64,000 nucleotides of DNA, taken from assembly GCF_009914755.1 (NCBI RefSeq), contig NC_060936.1; one strand, written 5' to 3'. Every line of letters starts with the position of its first letter. Position 1 is the stretch's first letter. The stretch comes from the human T2T-CHM13v2.0 reference genome, Homo sapiens. The translations under genes and the position numbers were made by a program. Below the pieces are notes generated by a model that was not told the origin of the DNA, searched no databases, and saw only the letters and a program-made list of their open reading frames with translations. Below, in pieces: positions 17,301 through 28,602 of this stretch.

Positions 17301-17772
17301 ATGAATTCCTGTTTTGGTTAGAGTAAAATCCAAACTCCAAACCATGATCTCCATTTACTCACATAAGTAGATTTCTTGCCTGGTCTCCCATCTCATTTTA
17401 TATCATTCACAGGGCTTCATTCTGTTCCTTAAAACATCAAACCCTTTTTGTTTCCTTCTTGGTCATCTTCTTTCTTGGGCTTTTTCACTAATCTCGTCAG
17501 GATGAAAAGCTCATGATGTGTCTGGATCATTCAAGAATGATCTTCCTACTGCAATTTATTAACACAATATCCCTTTCATTTTCTTCACAGATCTGGTATC
17601 ACATTTTTAACTACCTTTTTATTATTTTATTTGTATATGCTTCTCTCTTCTAGCAGAACTTCATGAGGCCAGACACTTTATGTCTATCTTGTTTATCTTT
17701 ATATCTTCAATGTTAAAAGAGCCTAGCACAGAGTAGACAATAAATAATTGTTGAGTGAATGAAAGAATGAAC
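17300..17772 (+). mobile_element. L2 3' fragment
   Basis: Ends gcctagcacagagtagacaataaataattgttgagtgaatgaaagaatgaa. Confidence 0.7.
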
Positions 17773-17939
17773 ATAAGGAAGAATTATTGCCCATCCACAT
17801 CTCCATGGTTAGCAGAGTAGGAGAACAAGGTGACAAGAAGACCCCTTACATGATGATAATTTACAAGGTGTCTGTGCACCTATGGGTAATTGAAAAGAAG
17901 TAAATACAAAGGTTTTTAAAGTTGAGAAAGAAGTGTATA

Positions 17940-18190
17940 ATAATAGCAAATACACTGAGCTTTGTTTACCAGGGACAGTTCTAAGAAATGTAGCTATATT
18001 AACTCATCTAATTATCACTACAATCCTAAAAAGTGGAAACTGTTATTAACATTCTTCTTTTATAATGAGGAAATAGTCACACAGGAGTTGAGTTAGTTTT
18101 GCTCAAGATCACACGGCTAGCAAATGTCAAGGCAGGTATATCCAAGCAGTTTGGTTTCAGAGCCCATGCATGTGACCACCCTACTCTAGT
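17940..18190 (-). mobile_element. MIR
   Basis: ataatgaggaaa...tgctcaagatcacacggctagcaaatg. Confidence 0.7.
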
Positions 18191-19495
18191 TTCTTACAGG
18201 TGCATCAATGTAATCTTTGATACTACCTGATGAAGGCAAGGGCCATATCTTATAAATGTTTGTATCCACTTAGCCCTAAATCCATTGCCTTACCTGTGAT
18301 TGTTGTGTATCAAATTGAATGAGATATTGAAGAGTCTGAGAATGTCAGCAGGATAGGTGAGACAAGAAAGGTCCTAAGCTAAACATTAAAATTAACAACT
18401 TATTTGGGAGAATATTCTGCAGATTGGTAGGAAAAAAATGATAAAGATTAAATTAAAATGTGGAACATGGCGATAAATACAAATAATAGATTTTTGTGGA
18501 ATCCAGAAAAACAAAAAGCAGGGTTAGAATGAATGTGTTTCAGGAGTGTGGCATTCAAAAGAAAGAATGTAACTTGACAAGGGTCTATAAATATGTGATT
18601 ACATTGGCAGACATAACCCCTTAGTGGAGAGGAATGACTCACCAGGCTTCATAGCTTGACAAAAGTATCATCTTTTGAGGCCATGTGATTTTGATTTCTC
18701 TGATTCCATATTTACCAAACAACCTTCAAATTTAAATTCAATCTCCCAGTGTTTCCTGACCTGGATAAGAAAGCACTAGGAACAAAAAATAAAACACAAA
18801 CAACCTGTCTGTTTTAAATCAAAAATTTTCATGGAAAATTATTAAATTTGCTCTCTATTACCAATTTGAGTAATGCTGCTTGAGTATTTTTAATCTACGC
18901 AAGCAATCCTTCTAGGCTGTGGGGGTGGTACAAAAATGAGTGAAACATCATCCCTGTTCTCAGTTTGCTTACAAAGTTGTAAGGTGAGGCAGTGTTTGTT
19001 TTAGTATAAATGTGGGCCTTATTATCATCTGGAGGAGCTGACCATTAAACTTGACCTGTAGCAGTGGAGGGTCAAATCCTGGGCCCATATAGCTTTGGAG
19101 TAATGTGTCTCCACCAGAAATGCCTGCATTTCCAGAAGAGGAAAATGCTTTTTCTTTCAGAATACTTACCTGGCACCTGGTCAAACTTAATTCATGTTCC
19201 TCCTCTATCTTGTGAACTGGTACTGACCTGTTCAACCAGCAATGAGCATGTTGGCAACTACAGACTAAAATAATGCCTGGGCTTCCGTGATACTGACACC
19301 AAACACTGGTAACATAACCCCCTTTTTAGGTGTGGCCTTGGGAGAACTTAAGAGACAAAGATTGTGTGATCTTGGCAATAACTTGGAAGATTTTTATTAT
19401 TTGCTTACACGAAAAACCCAGAATAAATAATTTAAATCTATTTTAGAGTGTTCATTTTTCCATCAAGAATTATGTAGTTTGATAACTCTCTCTTC

Positions 19496-19504
<9 letters not shown>

Positions 19505-19546
<42 letters not shown>

Positions 19547-19548
19547 AC
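19505..19548. repeat. (CA)n microsatellite
   Basis: Direct sequence. Confidence 0.97.
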
Positions 19549-22500
19549 AGATCCATGCACATATGGACACATGTGCATTGTAAGTGCATGAGGATGGGAG
19601 AAAGGAACATGGAGGTAACATTATCTGGAAAGACTTGAATGAATTTGGTTGCCACTGCAACCATCACCCTATGTCCTACTTGTCTGTTCCTAACATCTTA
19701 TGGTCTTCAGCATGATCCCATAAGCTTTGGTGCATGGGGCCCTCCTCAGGCTAGTGTTAATAGGTTGACATAAAAATACTCGAAAATTACATAATTGTAA
19801 ATGTCAGTTAAGGTAAAGATAATAGGCATTCTATGACAAAGGGAGTAAAGTTTCTCGCAGAAAGGCTGTTTAATAGATAACAAATACAGCCTCGATGGCT
19901 AAAACACTGCTGTGGACTCTTGTAACTATGGCCTCAGCTACTGTGCTTACTAGATAAGACTTCCAAACACTCGTCCAGTTTGGATTGAAATCAGTCTAAA
20001 CTAAATATGAGATTTTTTTCTTTCCACCCGCTTTTTTCCTCCATGCTATTACTTTTTCATAGTTAATGTCTATGTGGAACTAACTCACTGCACTGTTTTT
20101 CCATTTGTGCTCCCCAAAGCCTCCTCCAGAGTCATAAAACCATGAATAAGAGGAATTAGCAAACAGAAAGCCTATGATTTTAGAGTATCTGGGGTAAATG
20201 GGAATATAATTAGGCTTGTGCTGGTTTACAATTAGGAAAGGGATTATATCTGCCTTTGCTCACTATCTATGAAGGTAACCTGGAGAAATAGGACTAATTT
20301 GCAGAAGAATTATCATGTTAGCCCATAGCTCTAGGTCAGCCTCTCTCTCTCCCAGCTGTGGTAACCCTACAGGCCCCTTCTTAAAGAGAAAGCACTGGCT
20401 ACCACCCCTGCTGCTTTATAAATGCTCTCTCCAACCTGGAGGGATTGTGCTCACAGCACAGTGCAATTTTCATTTAGAAATGGGCTTCCAATTGTGTAGA
20501 CACACCTCATTAGATAAGCCCTGCCTCTAGAATCAGGGACTTTCGTACAGGTGGTAAGTACTCGGGCGGGGCGGTGGGGGGAAAGCCCAACTAACAAGTA
20601 AATGAAGAAAAGCTTTGATTTTTACTCAAATAAATCAGGGAGGGCAACATTCTTTATTCCAGGTCCCCTGCACCATGCAATTCTAAGGTTTGTTATTGCT
20701 ATTGTTTTATTTCATTTCATATTTCTTCACCCCAGGGTAGGCAGTCACATTCTTTGCAGATAATGAGGGTGAGGTTAGATATGGATTTGGCTTTGTAGAA
20801 TTATAGAAAAATAAAAAAAAGCCTAATATATTGTTTTCCTCCTTAAGGCTCCCACTCCTATGCTTTCCTGTCATTGTCAGGTATGCCATTTGGAAGTATT
20901 CAGTTACATTTATTTAAATGTTTTCTTTTATCAGTCTCTGCTGAGGATATGTTTGGCACTTTGTTTTACTTATTGGTTTATCCGATGAGTTGTTTCTCAG
21001 TTGTCTAAGGAAATATGTGTGCTGATAACTGCAGCAGGTGTTAAATCGTTTGGCAAGGTTTGTCACTTGGCAGAGAACCAACCCAGCTTGGGCCACGTCC
21101 TGTGGTAGTAAATTTCAGCTCCATTGTAGGTTTCTCCTGCTCATTGCTGATTTACATGTCAGGAAGAACATCTTAGGAGGTTCTGTTGGGTTAGATGACT
21201 CTGTTGCCCTCAGAAATATTTAATGAATCAGTGCCTATTAGAAGACCAGACTAGAGACAATTGCTCATCTATTTTGCTCTTTTTTCTGTTTTTTTTTTCT
21301 TTCTCTTAGCCTTTTCATCATGTGAAAGAGAACTGCATCATAAACCTGCTGTGTGCAATTAATATGTGATACTGTACTTGCCTTTTTCTGGATACCTTTT
21401 TATGTTTCATGATTAGCTTTGGCTAACAGCGGAAATGGGAGAGAATTTCCAGAGAGGGATGCTACTAAAAAGGCTTTATGTGACAAACCATATTGTCAAA
21501 CATTAACAGAAAATACACCACTGCAGAATGATGGCAACACGCAGAGAGAAAGCACCAATGGCCATCACAGATAACATTATACATGTAACCTCCTTTAAGT
21601 TCTTTTTTCACAGGTTATTGTTCTGCAAGTACATTCTGTAGTGTTATTTGGGTAAATTAATGGTTTTTAGAGTTAGAAAATGTTCCTCAGTAAACTCAGT
21701 GCCCCCTTTCTACATTTCATGAAATTACTTTTATTTTAGCTTTAGCTTTCATTCTGTCCTTTTCATATGACCTATTGGTAAACTGAAATCTTGTTTCATT
21801 CTCATCACTGGTTGTCACTAATGATGTTTCCAGACCTGTCAAAGATTGACTGTACTTTTGAATTACACCACCCCATCTAAAATAACCACCAAGTAGCCTA
21901 CCGCCTGAAACACACATCCCATTTTATTCAAAAAGCATTTCCTCCAAGTTCGGAATTGTGATACAGTCTTTACTTGCTCACTTAAAACATGAAGATATTA
22001 CAATGTTTCCAGCCATTCTCAAATTAAACTCTGAAAGAAAATGCCCCTGTGCAGTGTTTCAAAGATTGTATAACCATAAAATTCACCTTCTTGAAAACAC
22101 CAATTCTAGCCTTGAACTAGACTGGTTTGGATCAGAATATCCAGGGGGAGTGGCCCGGGAAACTGTAATTTTGACAAAACACTTACTATCAGGCAAGTTT
22201 GGGGAACTCCTCTTTGCATCTATGAACTATCTGGTATAGGGGAAAGAGAATAGTCTACAAAGATAGGAAGATACAGGTTTGAGGCTGTGCTTTACCATTT
22301 ACTAATTTATGACCTTGAGTGAGTATACTTCTCTGAGCTTCAATTTGCTGGTATGTAGATTAGGCATAATATGGCTTGTGAGGAGCTGATATTGAAAATA
22401 ATTGACAGCCAGCATGGCATGGCAGCAACCAATCAGAATCAACACTGGCCAGAGAACCGTGCCAGGAATCAACCTTTTGATTGCTGGATTATGGGGCTTG

Positions 22501-22721
22501 GGAGCAGGTGATGGTAAGAAAGCCTGGAAAACTTGGAAGTCAGGTGGGAGGTTTTTGGGAGACTGGGGCAGTGGCTATTTACTAACCCGTGAGAAAGCAC
22601 TGCAGTATTTTCACAGCTGGGAATGCTATATTCATATGACCATCAGCTGGCTATCAGCCCTGCATAAATGAAAAGGTGGTTGTACATGTTAACGTAAAAC
22701 TTAAAAACACAGTTCCTAGTC

Positions 22722-23030
22722 AGCTGGGCGCGGTGGCTTACCCTGTAATCCCAGCACTTTGGGAGGCCGAGGCAGGCAGATCACGAGGTCAGGACATCGA
22801 GACAGTCCTGGCTAACACGGTGAAACCCCGTCTCTACTAAAAATACAAAAAATTAGCCGGGCGTGGTGGCAGGCGCCTGTAGTCCCAGCTACTCAGGGGG
22901 CTGAGGCAGGAGAATGGCGAGAACCTGGGAGGCGGAGCTTGCAGTGAGCCGAGATCGCGCCACTGCACACTCCAGCCTGGGTGACAGAGTGAGACTCTGT
23001 CTCAAAATAAATAAATAGAAAAAAAAAAAA
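22722..23030 (+). mobile_element. AluY inserted into a MIR-like segment
   Basis: Y diagnostics (ctggctaacacggtgaaacccc, ggcggagcttgcag); imperfect TSD aaaaac(a)cagttc. Confidence 0.95.
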
Positions 23031-23461
23031 CAGTTCTTAATACTTAGTGTGTATTTAACAGATATAAGTTACCATTATCTTTTATGGTTTTATTACTTAT
23101 ATGGCACTTATTATACCTGGAGTATAGGGCTGAAGAGACAAAGACCAGGACCATAAATTCATAGACACCCCCAGGGCTTCTAAAATAGGATTATAGCCAG
23201 AGTATTAATCTAGCCATAGGAGGACATGGATGTGAATATAGAAAGGGAATCTGAAATTGGGAGATGAGTCAAAGGGGAAAGAACAGACATGATATAAACC
23301 AAGGTTAGAGTGAAACTCACATGTTATCTTAAGCAGAGGTGGAACAGGTAGTTATTATGGGGCATACAAAGTGGACAACTGGCAGAGATCAAAGAGAAAG
23401 GTATTCAACTATTCAATAGTAGATGTCAAGAAACCAGATGTAGGGATGGGGATCAAATTAG

Positions 23462-23812
23462 ATGTCTTAGTCAGTTTGAGCTGCTATAACAAATACCATA
23501 GACTAGATGACTTAAACAATAAACATGTATTCCTTGCAGTTCTGGAGGCTGGGAAGTCCAAGTTCATGCCAGCTGATTCTGTTTGTGGTTAAAGCCTTCT
23601 TCCTGGTTTTCAAATGGATGTCATCTTGCTATATCCTCCCTTAGTGGACTGAGAAGTCATCTTTCTGGTGTTTTTCTTATAAGGGCACTAATCCCATCAT
23701 GAGGGTTCTACCCTCATGACCTAATTACCTCCATTCCACATACGATTACATTAAAGATTAGCCTTCAACCAATGAATTTTGGTGGCATGCAAAACATTCA
23801 GTCTCTGCCATT
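23462..23812 (-). mobile_element. MLT1A/B solo LTR
   Basis: tgtcttagtcagtttgagctgctataacaaataccatagact...aacattcagtc. Confidence 0.85.
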
Positions 23813-26800
23813 ATGTGAGGGCCCAGCTAATAAAGGTGGTCAGGGACAGGAACACAGCCTTGGGGAAACTTGGTTGCACTAGTCACAGTGTTATGATAGA
23901 AAATAAATTGATGTAGAATGGAGATTAAACTTCTTAAATACAAGTCCTGAAATTATTTGTGTCTAAGGACTGGGCTGATTACAGTGTATAGATGAAGGCT
24001 AAGCAGACATTTCTCCAGTTGCTACCCTGATCTGTATGGGAAGAGCCAAACAATGTTAGGGGATACTGGGAAAGGATTGGGTGAGAAAGGAAGGCAATGA
24101 CTTGCAGAGGGGCTGGCCTGGGAAACAGAAGTCAGCAGGCATGGAAATTGCCTGCTGGGGAAGTCATTCTTTGTCAACTCACACTCACCAGTAATTCCTG
24201 CCTCTAGCCCATTTCTCTCTCATTCATTGACGTCTGCTCCCCAAGTCATGTAACTGTATGGAAGCATATATGCATTACCCCAGGAAAGGATTATATACAT
24301 TTATTAAATGGAAACAGAGCTAATTGTAGAAAACTTAACTTTAAAAAAAATACAAAATACTACTTAAGGTAATGAGTGACAGAAGTGTAGCCTGCAAATC
24401 TGTCATTGAACCACTGCTAGAAGGAAGAGGAATCCAGCTGCTGGCACCTCTGTGGTGCCAAATTTGAGAAAACTTCATGTTTTGTAACCCACAGCAGTAT
24501 TGATTATTTTCTGCTGCCTTCTGTGGGAACCAGAAATAATTGTAGCAAGAAGGCTGGCCACGGGCAATAAGAAAAAGGGGTTTCCAAGTAGCTCAGGAAA
24601 CACAAGGGAGGGGAGCATCTATTGGCTGGAACCTCAGGGTCCCAGGTTACGTTTTGAAACCTGCCTCTTCTTCCACAGAGCTCTGGCCAGTGTTGATGTG
24701 GAGTAATGGGGAACGTTTCTTCATCCCATTATCAGTAAACTCCAAAGGGAAGTCTTACCAAACTGCCTCCTGGTTGCTGTCATTTCTAAATTTTAAGCTG
24801 GTGAGTGGAGTTACTCATAAAGTGGGTACTTTGTACTCAATGACTTAAATAAATGCATATTTATTTATATCTTTAAATTAGTTTCTTTAGGCACCTCCTG
24901 TTCTAAGAACTGTCACAGTTAAGCTGAAGAGGGTAAGCTCGAGCTGGAAAGATAGTTTCTGTTTCTTGAGTTTAAATTAAATCCTTGACATTATAAAGCA
25001 TTACGGATACATTACCATTGTCGGTTTTGTCCTGTTCATATGTTTTTGCTATTGCATTATTCAGAATCAAGTTAAAAATTCTTTTTTATTGTGTTTGAAT
25101 GTTTCTAGGATGTGGACAGATCAATATTTCTAGCCTGTGCACACACTCTACCTAAGGGCTGTGAGTCATATTTGCTTTGAAAGAAATAGCACTTAAGGAC
25201 TGTCAGTCAAGTCAGTTGTAAGAAACATAGAACTCTTTAAGAAATACTCTGCCTCCTCCTCACATCTAAATATAGCTAACCGGTTGGAGTGTCTAAGACA
25301 GATAGTGAAGCTGTATTTTTAAAATGGTGCAATTGCAATTAATCAATGCAAATAAAAAGCTCTCAAGGTCTTTTTACCTATACATATCAAATATGTAACT
25401 TTTATTAAATTAAAAATTGTATAACATGATGAGTAATGAATATGCATAAGGAAATGACCCAGGTTCTTCAAGTCATTTGTAGGTCAATATTACAGTATTT
25501 TACTTTTATGGATCCCTATAATCTGGTTGAGAAAGCGCTGGGCAGGATGTGTGAAGATGGGATTTCTAGTATCCACTTGGCCATTGCTTAAGTGCATAAA
25601 TCTGGAAAAACTACTGCCTTCGTCTCTTTCTTCCAAGGTCTGAGTTTCCTTTCAGACTATGGGTTAACAGCTATGTATTAAGAATTAACACTGTATCTTC
25701 AGGTTCATTTCCTATGTCTCTGTGAGAAGTTGGAGTTAATATCAATATAGCTTGATATAGAAACAATCTTCCTTTAACTGTACAGCTGGTTTACCCAATT
25801 AACATCTGTTTAATGCTCTTGAAAGTAAATAAAAGCAAAATTGTTCCTCTTGTGTCTAATATACTAATGGCACAACAACAATTTATCCAGTGACTACTTA
25901 CCTTAGGCTCATCTCTGTGCTGGGTGTGTGTATATTTGATCTGCTCCCTGTATGTACTTCTATTTACCTGTCACATAATTTATATTTGGATTCTTCTGGC
26001 ACATTACTGCCAGGAGTGCCAATAAAGTAGCCATACTGTGCTCTAATATCCTTGATTATATTTGTACCAGTGTCTACAGAGGTTACATTAGCAGACGGAA
26101 CAATGGACTGTACCATTAAATTAGCACAATTTTGCAGCATCGCCTGGCAGAAGCTCACATTTAATCCAAGAGGTTATTCAACCCTATCCAATATGATTAC
26201 TCTATAAATATTTGCCCAAGCTCAGCACCAGCCGTTACATCACTAATCACACACAGGTTTGTTACAGCGAAGACCCCCAATGTCAGCAATTTGAAAAACA
26301 AAGCTAATTAGTTTTGATTTAGGGATGAGAAGACTTATTAAATTGAAAGTGAACAGTTTACTTAGTATAGTGGCTATTTAGAGCACATATGAATATGAAG
26401 ATTTATTGTTGTTTGCATGGGATTTTGAGTAGGAACGGAAAGACTAAGCTAGTAATTCAGAGATATGTGATGGCCAATGGCTGCAACCAGTGATGGCTGG
26501 GGGACTTGCGGGGTGGGGGGTTAAGGGGAGACAATAGAAACACCCCCTTAAAAGTACTACTCCAAACAAACATACATCTAAGTAAATGGTATATTTGCAA
26601 CCAGCTTTAGGATAAGTTCCTGATTCCCCTTCCCAAACAGCACTGCCCCTAAATTTCTCCAACAGAGAATTCTGGGACCAACACTAGTATTGGTCCAAAG
26701 GTGGCAAAGAAGCCTCTTACCCCTACGTCTCTCAGCCACCAGCCTACTGTGACGCTTGAATTTGTTGGTTTTATTCTTATGTCTGCAGCCGTTAAAATCT

Positions 26801-26934
26801 GTTTTAAATTGCAAAGATCTTAGTAACATATAACCTTATCACCATGAAATAGTGCAGTACTATTTTATTTATTCTAGTTTTTGAAAAGCAATGTCATTCG
26901 ATGAAGAAGACATTTACCCTGAGGAAAGAAAGGG

Positions 26935-27240
26935 AACTAACATTAATTGAACCTTTGATTGTTCCAATCAAGCACTGCATTACCCTCTTTAAATATTCTC
27001 TCATTTAATTTAGTACTCATAATTTTATTCGGTAGGGATTATTATTTCTTCCTTAGAGATGAGGAAACTGGGACCTAGTGGAGTTAAATAACCTACCTGA
27101 GGTCATCTCACACTGACTTCGGTTGACAGCCAGCTTCTTCCACTAACAATTGAGATCTTGGATAAGTTGCTTCCCTTCTGTGTGTCACTTGCCTTTTCTG
27201 TGATGTAAGAGGAGTAGATGAAATCACTCATCTTCCAACT
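26935..27240. mobile_element. MIR fragments
   Basis: agagatgaggaaactgggac...aaataacctacctgaggtca. Confidence 0.65.
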
Positions 27241-27780
27241 TTTGTGATTGTACCATTTTATTAGTAAAAAAGAAAAAAATTGAGCATGTGCCCTTTAATA
27301 TATTGACTATTTTAAATAATAAATATGTAGCATTTTGAATGCATTCATTTAAGAATTATTTCTTGCAAATTTTACACTAACAATATACACAGACCTATAA
27401 ATTTTAATAGATTTTCCCCTTGACTTCAATGGATCAAGATTCCTGTGCACCCTACTTTGGAGACTACTAGAATAGATGGCTTCCATGGTTCCTACAAGTT
27501 CTATAAATGTATGATTGTAGGGTTTCTGGTCAGCTTTGTAAATCACAGAAAGAATGCACTGATAAAAATCTTATTGACATAGGTAAATTCTGATAAAGAA
27601 GCCAGAGAAGACTGGAAAAACTGGACCAAGAAACTAGTTCCGTTGGGAACCCTGAGTAAGGCAATTTGAAGGAACTGGAAACTCAACAAATGAGAAAGAA
27701 GAAGTCAGGATCACAGACTATTGATATAATCAAATAATAATAATAATAACAAATACAAGAGAATACTTTCTATGTACCAG

Positions 27781-28439
27781 TGTGTCCGGAATTGTTCCTT
27801 CCAGTGGGTTCTTGGTCTCGCTGACTTCAAGAATGAAGTCACGGACCCTCGTGGTGAGTGTTACAGTTCTTAAAGATGGTGTGTCTGGAGCTTGTTCCTT
27901 CAGATGTTCCTGAGTTTCTTCCTTCCAGTGGGTTCGCTTGACTTCAGGAGTGAAGCCGCAGACCTTCGCAGTGAGCGTTATAGCTCTTAAAGGTGGTGCG
28001 TCTGGAGTTGTTTTTTCTTCCCGGTGGGTTCGTGGTCTTGCTGACTTCAGAAGTGAAGCTGCAGACCTTCGCAGTGAGTGTTACAGCTCATAAATGTAGT
28101 GCGGACCCACAGAGTGAGCAGCAGCAAGATTTATTGTGAAGAAGGAAAGAACAAAGCCTCCACAGCGTGGAAGAGGAGCCGAGTAGATTGCCCCTGCTGG
28201 CGCCAGTGGCCAGCTTTTATTCCCTTTTTTGGCCCCACCCATGTCCTGCTTACAGAGAACTGATTGGTCCATTTTACAGAGTGCTGATTGGTCTGTTTTT
28301 ACAGAGTGCTGATTGGTGCTTTTACAAACCTTTAGCTAGACACAGAGCGCTGAAGGGTGTGTTTACAATCCTTTAGCTAGGTGGAAAAGTTCTCCAAGTC
28401 CCCACTCGACCCAGGAAGTCCAGCTGGCTTCACCTCTCA
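27781..28439 (-). mobile_element. LTR12 (HERV9) solo LTR inserted in a MIR
   Basis: Reverse complement begins TGAGAGGTGAAGCCAGCTGGACTTCCTGGGTCGAGTGGGG. 4-bp TSD CCAG at 27777-27780 and 28440-28443; tandem CCAAT repeats; U5 tandem repeats. Confidence 0.93.
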
Positions 28440-28570
28440 CCAGGCCCTGTTTTAAGCACTGTTTATTTATTTAATCATGACAAAAATCCCCATGAGGTAG
28501 GTACAATGATTATCTCTAGTTTACAGAAGGGAAAAATGTGGTATAGAGAGGTAAAATAACTTATTGAAGG

Positions 28571-28601
<31 letters not shown>
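28571..28601. repeat. (TG)n microsatellite
   Basis: Direct sequence. Confidence 0.95.

Positions 28602-28602
<1 letters not shown>

Noticed and set aside
27790-28090. Regularly spaced repeats (gctgacttcaag/ggagtgaagc) resembling an array
   Set aside because: These are the intrinsic tandem repeats of LTR12 U5, not CRISPR-like; there are no unique spacers.
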